Positions 24,801-38,356 are shown, numbered from the whole stretch's first letter. The stretch is 63,996 bases of DNA, filler included, from Octopus bimaculoides (GCF_001194135.2; 6 parts of 5 records of this genome joined end to end with filler, not necessarily neighbours in it), one strand, 5' to 3'. Notes: generated by a model from the letters alone, not told the origin. Made by a program: numbers and translations.

Positions 24801-25737
24801 AAGTGAAAACTTTGTTCCTAATTATAAGACAAACCAGTTATATATATATATATATATATAACGCATATACATGCATGTGTATATACGCGCCACATGTATA
24901 CACTCGCATGCACATGTATGTATATATGTGTATATAAGAAACTCTAAGCTTGTTTTTTTTTCTTTTTTGCCATGTGATTAAAGGGTGCGTAGGTGTTTTA
25001 ACTATCCCCTAGTTACTCGAGGAGACATGACAAACGGCGTTCCAGCCGTGGACGTCACGTATTTGTTTCCTTTGTTTCTTTTTTCGAAGACTGTCTGCCA
25101 TGAGATGTGAGGTTAATTCAACTGCCATTTCTAACAACCAGTACGAACGTGTCTGTCTGTCTTGCCTTCGTCAGAAAAAAAGGCTCTCCGCGGAGAGAAA
25201 GGGAGTGCCTGCAATCGCGGTTCGATCCTCGGTTGGAGGCCATTAAATTGCGGCTGAAGTTTGCCGAAGTTTTGCAATTCTAACACAAAATATTTAGTCA
25301 GAAGTTATCTTATCTCCAGAGATGAGGATAAAATTTTATAAAGTCAGCTCTAGAATTATTGTATGTAAATAGTGTCTTGTAAAGGAATCTGTAAAATCTT
25401 GTTGGCAACATCTCGGCGTCGCATACCTTTATCATATTACATGCACACACATTAAGGTATATATATGCGTGTGTATAGTGTTTTACATATTACGTACGCG
25501 TGTGTGCATTCTCTCTTACACACATGCTTGTGTGTAGTGTTATATGTGGGTGTGTAATGTATATACAAAATATATGCGTTTCATAATAGACGTAACTATG
25601 TAAATGTATGTATATGTAAGTGTTTAAAGTATAGTGTTATATATGTAATGTGTACATAAGTATATATATGATACAGACATAGGAAACATAATGTATGATA
25701 TATGTGCGTGTTATGTATTTGTGCATATATATATATG

Positions 25738-25768
<31 letters not shown>

Positions 25769-26213
25769 TATTTTTGTTTGTCTTAATAACTGACGAGATG
25801 CCGGAGCAGATTTCCGCCCGACATCCGAAATTCGGAGTTTTATTATGGCAACCGAATAATTGTCACATTATGTATTACGGATAAATTCCTCTATTTACAT
25901 AATGTCGAGGTCTCATTCATTCTTTTGTCGTCATACTATTATTATTATTATTATTATTAATCTATACATATATATATACACACACACACACACACATTTG
26001 TGCTATAGATATGAATTATGTACAGATTTAATGTCTTAAAGAAGAATCTCTGCTTTCACCAACTCAATATTTCCTGAAACAAATATTTTTAATTTTCGAA
26101 TATTGTATTTTGGAAGAGGTGTCTTAGATTTAGCCATAGCAGGGAATCTTTTCTAAAAGCTTAAATCTGTAAAATACAAGTATTTGCTCAACAGTTGTAC
26201 CTAATTGTATCAG

Positions 26214-26294
<81 letters not shown>

Positions 26295-27094
26295 TATATA
26301 CACACACATACTTGTAACGTGTATGCCGATGTGATGTTTATTCATATGTTCACTTTGTATGCGTGCAATATACGGACTTGTGCGTCTATGTATATGTAAA
26401 ATATGAATTTATTTATATGGATACGTTTGTAATATACATACATCTACGCGCCCGTCAATTACACACATGTGTGTGAAATTATATTTCGGTGTACATTACG
26501 TGTATATTTATTCGTAAAATGTATATACAAAATAATTCCGATATATATAGCGATCATCATAATCATTCGTTCGTTAAATAAACTTCAATACTCGCGCCTA
26601 TTCGAGTGTGTCTTATGAGAACTTCAAATTCAGGTGTATAAATATTAATACACATTTTGTATCATATACAAAGTACTACTTGTGTATATTTGTGAAATAA
26701 TCATGAACATCCTTCTGTTTCCAGTTTTATAACTTAAGTTATTCGTTTTATATATATAAAGCTAATAAACTTTGATAATTCAGCAAATGATTACGCATGT
26801 AGTTTTCAAATTACACACACATACATATTCGTCAGTCAGTTAGGTTTTTAAATGTCGATTTTATTTTATTTATATATCGTTATTCATTATCGGAAACTTC
26901 TATAGAAGTTTGAAAAAGATTCTTTGTAGATTTTATTTGATTTCACTTGGACTTTTTCTCAGTTTTCACACATGCCTAAAAGTTTTAGATATAATTTAAA
27001 TACAATTTAATCATTATCTGATAAAATTTAAACAAACGTATGAATTTGTGTATATGTATATGTGTGTGTGTGTGTGTATATATATATTTATATA

Positions 27095-27131
<37 letters not shown>

Positions 27132-28714
27132 GTGTGTGTGTGTATAAATAAATCTAAGTCTGCTACACATGAGTGGCAGCCATCTTGAAATATTTCTCTC
27201 TCTTTCTACCTTATTTTTCTTCCTCTCTCTCTCTCTCTGTTCCCATCACTCTTGTCTTACTTTCTTTTTCTTGTTCTGTCTTTACCTCTCTCCCTCCCTC
27301 ACTCCCTCTCTTTACCGCTTTATCTTTCTTCCTCCTCCCCATTTCTATGTGAAATAACCGTGATTAACTTGCCTGACAGCATTTTTTTTTTCTTATTTTA
27401 CCGTCTAATAAACACTCCTTAAGTTTCTTTTTGTGTCGGTATGTGAGACTGATTGTTATCCATGTGTGTGTGTAAAATATACATTTATATATATATATAT
27501 GGGAAAGAGGTGTTTCGAAATATATATTTGTGTGTTTGGTGTAGAGAAGTAACTTTTTTTTTATTAAAAAAAAACTATTTTCAGTAAATCTCTGTATTGG
27601 CGATTAATTATGCCACTCGTCCAATCACCTTGTTTGCTCATCCTTAATTAATTTGCCTTCAATATTTGGAGATTTGCGTCTGTTCTCCTTGTAACTTTTA
27701 TCTCTTAGGACTATTCAGTAATTGTGTATATAATAATATCTATTCCACAAGGAGTGTCTGTGTGAAAATATGGTGTGTCTGTGCATATTTTCAAACACGG
27801 ACACGCTCTCTGTTTAATTTGTGTTTATGTGTGTCTTCTTTCAGAAAGAAATATAAAGGCCCTATTCTTTTCTTATCTTCTTACTTCCTAGCACTTTTTT
27901 TCTCAATGCTCTCTTGGTATCTTTTATATACTACTTGCTGCTCTATCCCGAGACCTTTTCTACCCCTGGTTTCACTATCCTTTATCTTAAAACTTTTTTC
28001 TCACTCTGTCTCTCTCTTACATTCCGCGCGGCCTTGCTCAAATTTCTGTTGACATTAATACGAATTCGTAATCTTTCTCTCCTTTCATTTTATCACGCTT
28101 ATGCTTTTCGCCGTAAGACCAGCTCTGATCAAAGAGGTCTCCAATTCTGGCCACCCCAGCCTTCTCTTTGGGGATTGCATATCAAGCACAATTTAGCTGT
28201 ACTTTCTATGGATATCTATCTGTTGTCTCTAACAGATCGAGCGACCACGTAGATGTTTCTTTTTCTTCGTTAGCTCGTCCCAACTCTAATCAAGCCTATG
28301 ATCCAAAGACACTGAGTCCGTGACCATTCTACTTTTAAAGGATGAAGTTGGATGTTAAGTTAAGCGAAGGTAAAGAATCTGCACCCCACCCGTTTTCGGC
28401 GTAACCCTAACCGCCGAAAACGGGTGGTGTACGTATTCTTTACCTCCGCCGTTATATCTTACAGGTCAAGCAACCGGTCACATAGAAACTCCCTCGCTGG
28501 GTCCTCCTTTCCGTCATTTTTATTTATTTAATCGAGTTTCTATATTTTTTCCGTCTGATTACCCGCTCTGTTGTCAAGGAACTCTCTCTCTCTCTCTATC
28601 TCGCTCGCTCGCTCAGCCTCTCTAAAAATAGGAGCGACACAAAACGTTCACTCATTGCCTAAGTACGTTTGTATAGAATGTATGTATGTATGTATGTATG
28701 TATTCCACAGAATT

Positions 28715-28825
28715 GACTTTGCATACAACCTTTCGCGGTCGATGAAATAAATACCAATTGAGTACCAGGTCGATATAATCGACTATGCCCCCACCCCACA
28801 AGATTTCAGGCCTTGTTCCTATAGA
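28715..28825 (+). mobile_element. Partial SINE family B (3' half)
   Basis: gactttgc...ggtcgatgaaataaatacca...gtcgatataatcgact...atttcaggccttgt. Confidence 0.65.
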
Positions 28826-28834
28826 AAATATGTA

Positions 28835-28844
<10 letters not shown>

Positions 28845-28930
<86 letters not shown>

Positions 28931-28935
28931 CACAC
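28845..28935. repeat. (GT)n-(AT)n-(AC)n self-complementary microsatellite
   Basis: Direct inspection. Other long (TA)n tracts are at 26221-26290 and elsewhere. Confidence 0.9.
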
Positions 28936-29463
28936 CACACACAAACATTTCATTCCGGACACTTCTGTTTAGGTTAAGTGCAATGTGCGTATGTCTATGT
29001 ACGAGATAAGCTAGTCACACTTCCTATCCTATTTCGTCTCTTGCACATGTATGTATCTATTTGTGTGTGTCTATTTGTATCTATGGATTTTATATAGATG
29101 CAGGTGAATATAAGCTATTAAAAGGGAAAAGTCTTGGTCTACCTATTTGTGTCTGTCTCAACTCGTTTTGTTATATTCAGTGACTATAAAAACACATTTT
29201 CTTCCTAAACCTTTTTCATCCTATTTCATGTACTTTTTTTCTATTATCCAATCTTTTACTTGTTTCACTTGTTTTTGATTTTTCTCGTACATTATTATTC
29301 TTTCTCTGTCGCATATTCATTCTTCTCTCTCGTCCTTAGTTCTTTCTCACAATTGAGAAAGGCGGACTATCCCACAAAAGACTCGTCTTTAACTATTTAA
29401 ATATATAATCTATTCATCTTGTGTTAGTTGTAGGTCACTTTACTCACTGTTCCGTTCAGTCGG

Positions 29464-29506
<43 letters not shown>

Positions 29507-29714
29507 AATAAAACTTGTCAAACTTATTTTACTTTATATTTACTGATTCAACAACTGGAACTTTGGGTGTACTGAAAGAAAAGAGAGGGAAAGATGCCTT
29601 TCTTCTTCGTTTCATTAATTTATTTCATAGATTAACTGAATAAATCAGCAACGGTGTTTGTCTTGCCTATCATGTGAGATAGTTCAAACTTTTCTAGAAT
29701 TGGGTCGTGAATCG

Positions 29715-29862
29715 TTATAGGCCTTTTAACTAGCCACGGGCAACCTGTACGGCCCACGGGACTTTCTGAATGGCACGCCTGAACGAAAAAAACTATTCGT
29801 TTTTTATGTATTTTTTAATACTAATACGACCCACTTCTCGAGAAAAAAAAGTTGCCCCTTTC
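29715..29862. mobile_element. Short hAT-type MITE remnant
   Basis: gggcaacctgtacggcccacgggactt...acccacttctcgagaaaaaaaagttgccc. A related copy is at 38295-38450. Confidence 0.55.
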
Positions 29863-30690
29863 AAAGAGAGAGCGAGCAAGCAAGTGGTGTTATCTATGAT
29901 AAAATAGGTGTGGACAGCCGTATCTTTACAATATGAGGCCTTTATAGTAAACGGCAGCTCCCCGCTCGCTCTTATTTCGTTTCCCTTGCTAGGTGGGGCA
30001 GCTATTCGGAGTCATCTATACAACAATCTCCCCTTCATCTTAAGTCTGTCCTCATTCATTCCTGCTGCTTCTCTCTCTCCCCCTCTCGTCAACTCACTCC
30101 CTCTCTCTCTCTCTCCCCCTCTCGTCAACTCACTCTCTCTCTCTCTCCCTCTCGTTTACTTGCTCTCCCTCCTCTCTTTTACACCCTCGCTTTCTCCTTC
30201 CCAATGTAGATAAATTGTATAGAAAATACAGGTCACATACATACTTTGCATAGCTGTTATCTAGGTACGATTTGAGATATTCTCTCTCTCAATCCTAGAC
30301 GAAAGAAACAGTTAACGTATTTTTTGGATTTGATGTTCTCTCAGCGTGTGTGCATTTTTCTAGTTTTGTAAAAGTTTAGCAAGTCACATGTCTGCCTTTT
30401 GAATGGAATGTACAATACAGGTGTTTATATATTAAATACATGCACCTTGTAATGTGTGTGTGTTTATATATATTTACTTATTAATTGTGTGTGTAATATA
30501 TGTATTGTAGACTTATGTGTACTCGTGTCCGTTCTAAAGGGACTCGGGACAATACGGATACACACAGATTCTTTTTGTGCTCGCAGTATACATTTGTGTA
30601 GCCATATAAACATCAGATCAATCCTGATGGAGTTACGCCAACGACCAAAGACATTCCAACCGGAGCCATCATGTCTTTTTTTTTTTACAT

Positions 30691-30897
30691 CAGTGGTTCT
30701 CAACCAGTTTTGCCCACCTATGGACCACCTTTGATTTCTATTTTACTCAGGTGGGCCCTCATACCAATTCGATGTAAATTCCTACTATTTTTTTTTATAA
30801 TTAAATATAAAGGAATTGTATGAGAAAAATTAAAATATTTTAGAAGCAGTTTATCGCACATTTTAACAATTTTTTATGGACCCCGATTGAGAACTGA
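30691..30897. mobile_element. hAT (Charlie-like) MITE
   Basis: Begins cagtggttctcaacc and ends with the degenerate inverse ...attgagaactg. Confidence 0.6.
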
Positions 30898-31917
30898 TTT
30901 TAGATTTACACTACTCTGTTATTTAGGGGGGATTTACTGGTTATTTTCCAACAGGTTGGACAGACAGATAGGACCCCCCCCCCACTCTTTCGTACAATAA
31001 AATTATATGTACACACACATGTGCAGTGGGGGGGGGATATCTTCAATTTTACAAACTTAGTTATTCCACTTAAAATTACTGTTAGATATTTCATTTAAAG
31101 ACTTAGTCAAATTCTAAGATTCCAAGAGCATGTTCATTTGTCTAAGTTTTCGATAAATCTTTTAGCTGTTTTATATTTTTTCTTAATCTTTGATGGGCTT
31201 GGACCGCCATCCCCCCCCCCAATCGAATGCAGTCACCATTTTCAGAAACATTTTAAAGAAAAGTAATTCATTTCAATTTTTCTGCGTAATTTGTCTTCTG
31301 ACGATTACAGAGTGGGATTCAACTAACTCACAACGAGATACTCAATGTATTCATTTAACTTGCCAGAAAAAGCTACCAATTTTTTCACGAACACGCACTA
31401 ATGCCTTTGAACAGGGAAGGACGTGATCTGAAATAAGTTAAGATGGTTCCTGACTCTTGATCGGGACTGACCCAAGTTTACCAACTTATGTAGGTCATTA
31501 CCTGTCCTTGAATTTATGATGCAACTGACAAGAGTTAAGCAATCACATTATCTGTAAGGACAGGAGATAAGTTTATATCATCCAAAAGTCCATTTTCATT
31601 AGATGAATAAGTTTCACCTTTCCTCATATGTGGACGCCAAAGTAAATGTGATTTGAACCACAACTTTTCTTAGATCTTGATTTTGTTGGAGCCTCTTTGT
31701 AGTCACAACCTTTTAGAAATAGCAGCCAAATCTCCCTCAAATCAAGCCCTATTGTCTCGAGTATAAATATTAGAAAGAAATACTTATTGGACTGTTCGTG
31801 CTGGCATACCTTCTTTTAAATAAGTCTCCTCGATCTTGTTAACTGAAAAGAACTGATATGCTACTTTGAGCATTTATACTATGTAATGATACGACGCAGT
31901 TAGACACACGCATAGGT

Positions 31918-32060
31918 ACAGGCATGGTCGTGTGGTTCAGAAGTTTCCCTTGCAGCCATATAGCTTTGGGATTGGTCCCACTGTGTGGCACTGAGCCTGG
32001 CCACTGTGCTGTAAAGTGAATTGAATAGATGAAAACTAAAGACCCCTGTCGTATGTGTTT
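31918..32060 (+). mobile_element. Decayed SINE family C head
   Basis: ggcatggtcgtgtggttcagaagttt...ccactgtgtggcac...gatgaaaactaaagac matches the 61770 and 35855 copies. Confidence 0.55.
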
Positions 32061-32239
32061 GATTGATTTTGACGTTTACTTGCTAATTGTAAACAGTTGC
32101 TGTTCATGCTTAGAAGAAAAAAATTGTCTGCAATCGTCTGTGGAAACATGTCTGGTCATTGAGCCGTTACAGGTTCGAAGGACTAGAGGGAAATATTAGT
32201 GGACATTAAGTGGATAGCATGTGTATAATTAAAATTGTT

Positions 32240-32560
32240 TTTTTTTTGTTTTTTTTTTTGCCAAGATTTAATGGGCCTTTTCTGGCACACTCGTTGCAGT
32301 CCATTGTCCACTTTCGTGTAGTTAAACACTGAGATTTTTCACCACTTCTCATATCTTCCTTGGGAGTCTTTCTCTTCTGCATGTTCATTTTCCAAGCATG
32401 CTTCTCTTGCATGCTGCATCCGATTCCTCTTATCCTCAATATTTCTTGCATGCAGAAGATGCTCACCTCTCTTTCCAGCATTCAAGCATCCTCCACATTA
32501 AACGCTTGTGCTTTCCTACCATGCTTGTATACAAGCCTCCATCATACACTATATTTTTCA
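32240..32560 (-). mobile_element. Decayed RTE-like LINE C-terminal fragment
   Basis: The minus frames read LYTSMV...VEDA*MLERE..SIFCMQEI.LRIRGIGCSMQE...RKTPKE, resembling the RTE post-RT region. Confidence 0.45.
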
Positions 32561-32614
32561 CTTGGAAGACAGAATCCAGCAGAGTATCCTTCTCTATTTG
32601 CAATTCATGTAGAG

Positions 32615-32872
32615 CAATGGTTCTTAACCAGGGTCCTTATGGTTCTTGTGAGTTCATGTAAGATTTTGTTAAACTTTGACCAATAAATTGGTTATACTTC
32701 TACAGTGCAGCAAATATTCTATCAATTTTTTTAATAGAATTCCTAATATTGGATTATAAAAATATAATAGAATTTTTAAAGCATCGATCAAATGGCTATG
32801 GGGGTCCACCCAAGCAAAATAGGAATCAAAGAGGTCCAAAAGGGAAAAATATAGTTGAATATCACTATCTAA
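32615..32872. mobile_element. hAT-type MITE; a related truncated copy is at about 37900-38210
   Basis: caatggttcttaaccagggtcc ... gggggtccacc...gaggtcca...gttgaatatcact gives degenerate terminal inverted repeats. Confidence 0.55.
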
Positions 32873-33165
32873 AAGATGGAAATTGTCAAGTACTTCTAGA
32901 ATGATGCTCAGCATCCAGAAGAATTTTTCTATAGGTACTCTTGCACAAATACAAAATCCTATCAGCATGCCTCTGATTCCACTTGCATCTCTTGTGCACC
33001 CATAGTTTGCGTATGGTACAGCATATGCAAGTCCTATGATCTTTTCTGTAGATCAAGCATAGTCCATTGTTAGATGGCTGCGGAGTCCTGTCTTCTTTCT
33101 TGCCAACTGAAACTCTTGTCTTTGCTAGTATTAAAGATATTGATCCGTATGCCCTGTTTCTACGT

Positions 33166-33258
33166 TCACAATTTCAATTCTTTGACAGATTTTGCTTGGA
33201 GAATTAGGTCATCACATTTAGTTTCTTGTATACATGTCTTAAGTGCCACTGTCATGTC
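33166..33258 (-). CDS. Candidate terminal exon of an unidentified gene: DMTVALKTCIQETKCDDLILQAKSVKELKL*
   Basis: Strong polypyrimidine acceptor ttttgtttatctgtttgtccAG at 33260-33259, non-repetitive sequence, in a CpG-poor domain. No homolog recognised. Confidence 0.25.
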   Translation of the reverse strand, partial: DMTVALKTCIQETKCDDLILQAKSVKELKL

Positions 33259-33639
33259 CTGGACAAACAGATAAACAAAACCGGGCTAGGGCCAACTGCT
33301 CAATGAGCACTTGCGTGCATATGGACAAGTCATACTGAGGATACCATAGCACTACTTATTTTATCAACCCCTGCAAGGATAAGAAAGGAAGGGGGACATA
33401 CTAGACCAAATGGTATGTGAACACAACATAATGGGACATAATATCACAGGATATTTTGGTGCTCTACTGATTCTCCCTCATAAATTTGCTATTATAATTT
33501 TTAAAAATATATATTGTGGTATTGATATGAATGGATTTGTGTGTGTGTATGTGCAATACATGTCTTACATAATTGTTTTCCCACATGTGGAGATGATAAT
33601 GATGGGGCTGTAGTGTTTACAGCCAGGTTCTGCACTAAT

Positions 33640-33865
33640 ACATATTGGTTTCAAATTCTGGCACGAGGCCAGCAATTTCGGGGTTCTTGGCAAATCACTT
33701 ATATTAACCTCAATACTTGGCCTTTATTTTATCGCAAACCCCCTCCCTCCCCAAAGGTTAAAATGCAGTCAACCTTGGAATTTGAACTCCGACTGTAGAG
33801 ACAGAAGAAATGCCGCAAGGCATTTTGTCTGATGTGCTAACGTTTCTTCCAGCTCACCATCCTAC
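33640..33865 (-). mobile_element. Decayed SINE family B
   Basis: aggccagcaatttcgggg...ggaatttgaactc...aaggcattttgtctgatgtgctaacgtttcttccagctc is the reverse complement of family B. Confidence 0.7.
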
Positions 33866-35310
33866 TGCAGTTAATACATATTGACCAGGCACGTACTGTG
33901 AGTAATTCCTCAGGATAAGAAGTTGGTAATGTTTATGTAATAAAGCACACAAAAAATAAAACACAGGCACATGACTGAACTGAAGGCAGAACTTCTGCCT
34001 TTATAGCGCATAAAGAAAACAATGTAGGAATGTACTCAGTACGTGTAGTACAGCAGTACTATACGCAGTTTTAATACTGAGATTGAAAGGCAGGGGAGAA
34101 TTATGCCTACCTAATCTATAAAAAAATAAGATATTTTGAATTTCATGCATAATAGAGTAACTTTCATAATTTTATTGAATTAGTTGCATATTTTGCCATA
34201 AAAGAAAACTGTTACCATCAATCTGTTTCATTCAGGGTAGGCACTACCTACCTTGCCTACCCAGGCTGCATGTCCTTGATATTGACTCATCATTATCATT
34301 TAATGTCCACTTTTTCTGTCTTGCATGGGTCAGACACAGTTTGTTGTAGATTTCTCTACAACTGCATGTGCATGTCACCAACCTACATCCGTTTCTAAGC
34401 AAGGCAATATTTCCCCATGGCCAGACATGTTCACGGAAGACTTGAAATGAGAACATTGCTTGTATGGTGATGTTACTTGTTTACAGCCAATACATATTTA
34501 AACAAGAGTACAGAGAAATACATTTTATATATATACATGCATGAATAGATGAAGACCAGTTTTTTTGTTTCTGTCTACCAAATCCAATTGCATGTGTGCT
34601 TGAGTATATATTTTAATATCCATTTTCTATATTTGTATGGGTTGTTCAACATTGTATGTGTGTGTGTGTGTGTGTGTCTATCTTGTTCAATATGTCACCC
34701 TCTGATTTAAGACAGCTGGGTATGATTTGAAATTTGGCTGTATCGAACAGGTTAGGTGACCATGTGAATGCTCCCTTGTGTATATAGATATAGTGTGTGT
34801 GCGCACATGTAACTGTTTTTATTGACAATGAAAACCATTGTGAGCCATTAAAAATGTTCTAATTAAAAAAAAAAACTACCCTTCTTTACTATATCATTAG
34901 CCATGTGCTTTAATGCCTTTGTGACCCATCTGTTTGACATGCTGTCATGTGTGTGAATTGTTAATGTTTTGTATTGAAGTGTAGAGCTTTTAGGTTTAGA
35001 GTTTAACAATGGTTTAAAAACTTTGCATTTTGAACAGATTAATTACCATTATCTGAATCAGCCGTTTTCAATGAGACAACTACACTAGTTTGTGTATTGA
35101 CCAAAGCTTATATATTGTATTCTCCATTGCATAAAACCAATGCAAACATTAGGTCAATACTTAAATAGTATATTGACAGTATACTATTTGTTGACAAATG
35201 CATGTTAGATGTTCACCAATTGATCTAGCTATATATATATATATATATATATATATGCATGCATTGACAATTCATATATATGTGTATATATCATGTGTGT
35301 GTGTGTGAAA

Positions 35311-35342
<32 letters not shown>

Positions 35343-35369
35343 ATACAGGGTGCGGTGAATAAATTAAGT

Positions 35370-35607
35370 TACGCAAAAATGAAGGTAACACTGACATCTC
35401 ATTTTAACACAGTTTGTGTTCAGAGCCGAGGAAAGAGCTGTGTCCAAGAAGCTAGCCATCAAGTTGGTTTCATTGATGTCCAGAGCCAAGTGCAGGTTGT
35501 TGTTGTTGTAGAAGTAGCTGAAAGGGTTAAGAAAGTTTGAATTTGACTCCTGATACATAGGAAACCTTGTTGGATAATCTGCCGTATATGAACTGCTAGA
35601 GCTTATT
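35370..35607 (-). CDS. Candidate exon of an unidentified gene: ...SSYTADYPTRFPMYQESNSNFLNPFSYFYNNNNLHLALDINETNLMASFLDTALSSALNTNC...
   Basis: Complex, non-repetitive open frame within ORF 35364-35690 with a run of C-ending codons. Possible acceptors give exon starts at 35607, 35595 or 35592; the donor is uncertain. Confidence 0.3.
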
Positions 35608-35854
35608 CTTAAATGACAAATATACATTGTACTTGTGTATACAGGTGAGTTTGAGTGCACATATTTACATATGTTCAGGTGCACTGCCATCCCCTGCTTG
35701 TCAGGAGATGGCAGGAGATCCAGCTATGAAACCTTCTTGGGTAACCCTTCCAGCCTTTTCTATCATGGAAGAGTGCACATAAAATATTTAAGTACATCTG
35801 CATATATGTACACATGCATATAGTCATACATACACACGCTCTAAATACATGTGT

Positions 35855-36125
35855 GTGTATGTACTGTGTGGTTAGGAAGCTTGCTTCCCAGCTACATGGT
35901 TTCGGGTTCAGTCCCACCGCGTGGCACCTTGGGCAAGTGTCTTNNNNNNNNNNGTGTGTATGTACTGTGTGGTTAGGAAGCTTGCTTCCCAGCTACATGG
36001 TTTCGGGTTCAGTCCCACCGCGTGGCACCTTGGGCAAGTGTCTTCTGCTATAACCCCGAGCCGACCGAAGCTTTGTGATTGAATTTGGTAGGCGGAAGTT
36101 ACTGCCGTGTGTGTATATATTTGTG
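35855..36125 (+). mobile_element. tRNA-derived SINE family C; the head is duplicated across a 10-N gap
   Basis: gtgtggttaggaagcttgcttcccagctacatggtttcgggttcagtcccaccgcgtggcaccttgggcaagtgtctt. The ccttgggcaag motif resembles the CORE-SINE domain. Confidence 0.8.
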
Positions 36126-38294
36126 TATGTGCTTGTGCCTCTCTCCCAGAGAGTCAGAGAGGGAAATATATATTGCAGATATGCCCTTTTTGGAACCCAC
36201 AGCTCAATGTTGTAGCAGTTATACTTAGCTGAACTTGAACCTTCAGTATCAGGGAACTGTGCATTGATATGATAGCAAAGTTAAGATTCGCCAAATCTTT
36301 ACTAAGCAAGTTGTACTGTAGCAGGATATTATATTGTCTGTCTTTTATTCTGTAATGAATAACTCAAAAGTAGTGTTATCCATAACATCTCAAGTGAAAA
36401 ACAAAGAACATAATTTTCAAAGCTATTCTCTCCTGAGACTGCCTCTTCAGTATTACCCATGTGGACATCACATTAGAACACACAGAAAAAAAAAAAATGC
36501 TGTTTCAAGTTTTTCATATTTCTCTAAACATTCAATAATCTTCCAGTTTTCAAAATAGCCATAATGCCCACTGCCTAATATAGAAACAGAAAACCAATCT
36601 ATTCTGGTTTCCTTTCTTTGAAGGTGCATGAATTATCATTTGCCTTCTTTCACTGCTTGACATAGTTTTAATTTGTATACCAGAAACTCTGTGAGTTAGG
36701 CTTGAAGTAAAATATGATTCAACTTGGTCTGGCTTTTATGTTTTGCATATTATTAAAACTACATACATTAACAAAAGCATGATTTTCAATGTTGTGCATT
36801 GCAATGCATTTTGAGTTGCACATTTGAATCTAAACAGACCGATTGCTATAAGCTCTGGCAACAATAATTGTGTTCATTGATGTAACTGTAAAATTATGCT
36901 TGTATACTATAGTGAGCAGAGTTTCTGATGTCCCAGGAAGTCATTCTTCAAGGACAGGAATGTTCTTGTATCCTTACTATTTGAGAGTGATGGATACCAA
37001 TCTTTTAAGTTGCCAAGGACTTTTGTCTGAAATGTCAATCATTTTGCTATGGTGTACCAATTTCACCATACGTCTATAACTATAAGTATGAGAATATGTG
37101 CTGGGAGACGCATATAGTTTTTTATTAATCTAACCAGCAGAAGTTAGTGATTCAAGGGCCAAGAATTTCATGCATTGACACTTATCGAACTTGTTTCAAA
37201 CCACAAAACTTTCGGCCTTTGAGTTGCTCTGTAACTTCTATTGATTTATTTTTTTTTTTTAAATGTTTATATACTGTTTTTAGTTCTGTTTTCCTGTGTG
37301 AACGTATGCAGTAATGTGTGTATAGGATTACTCATGTAATTGTTTTATGCCATCAACCCTGTACTTAGTGTTTAGACAAATACTACTATCAACTTAACTG
37401 TGATCCACAAATCCAGTATTCCAGATATCTTTATTAATCTACTGTAGATAACCATTGCCCTGTTTCCTTCCTATAATATACTGTTTTATCTGGAAAAGGA
37501 TTACAAGCTATTCAGTCTCCATTGTCTAGTGTTTCCTGTTGATCTTTAACAGAACAGTTACTGTTCTGCACTTCTAGTGGTGTACATCCCTCAAGGATAT
37601 TGACAGTATTAATATAGTCGTTTGGGCCACTTAGGAGGGAGTGTTTACTTATTGGCTCTCGAACGGCCAACCATTAATACCACCCATAAAAATATTATGG
37701 AAATTCTGTCACCATCTCATCAAGATGGCAGAATGGTGTTGAGCCAGTTTTAATGTTTAAAACTGTTCAATTTTAAACACTTCAACTTGTTCACCTCTTT
37801 CCCATCTTCATACTCTCCCTGCTCTCATTGCAAGAAACTTTGGTTTACTTTCAGATCTACTCTGATTAAGCAGACTATTTGTGACCATCTAGTCTTTTAA
37901 TTTCATTTCCAGGGCCCATATAAGATTTTAAAATTTATGGGCAATAGATCAGTTACTCTTCAACAATATACAAAATGTTTTAACAATTTTTCGGACATGA
38001 GTTAAAATAAGAACAGTAATAAACAAGTGAAGAACAAATATATACTGCGTGTATTTATTTGGCAAAATTAAAAAAAAAAAAAACCACCCCGAAATACAAC
38101 AAATATCCAAATATTACGAAAACACAATAGGTTTTTTAAAAAACCTCAAATGGCTCTGTAGTAGAGGTGGGTCCATAGACATAAAAGAACTTTGAGCACC
38201 ATTGATCTAGGGCAGCAATGTCCTGTTCTTTTTAAGGTGGGAAGGAATGGTTTGACATTGGGTACAATTTCTAGCAGGTCGATTGACTACATAG

Positions 38295-38356
38295 AGCAGT
38301 CCTAGATAAACTGCAGCCCACGGGACTTTTGGGATGATATTCTTAATGAAAAATTA

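Noticed and set aside
25211-25242. tRNA-like T-loop GGTTCGATCC...GGAGGCCA
   Set aside because: The T-stem does not pair (cgcgg/ctcgg) and there is no D or anticodon arm. At most a degenerate relic.
35424-35511. + strand frame AEERAVSKKLAIKLVSLMSRAKCRLLLL* resembling a prenylated C-terminus
   Set aside because: The Cys is at position -6, so it is not a valid CaaX box, and no upstream + exons were found. It overlaps the minus-strand candidate; strand is unresolved without RNA data.
35853-36043. Exact tandem duplication of about 90 bp of a SINE head
   Set aside because: The two identical copies flank a 10-N gap, typical of unmerged contig overlap.
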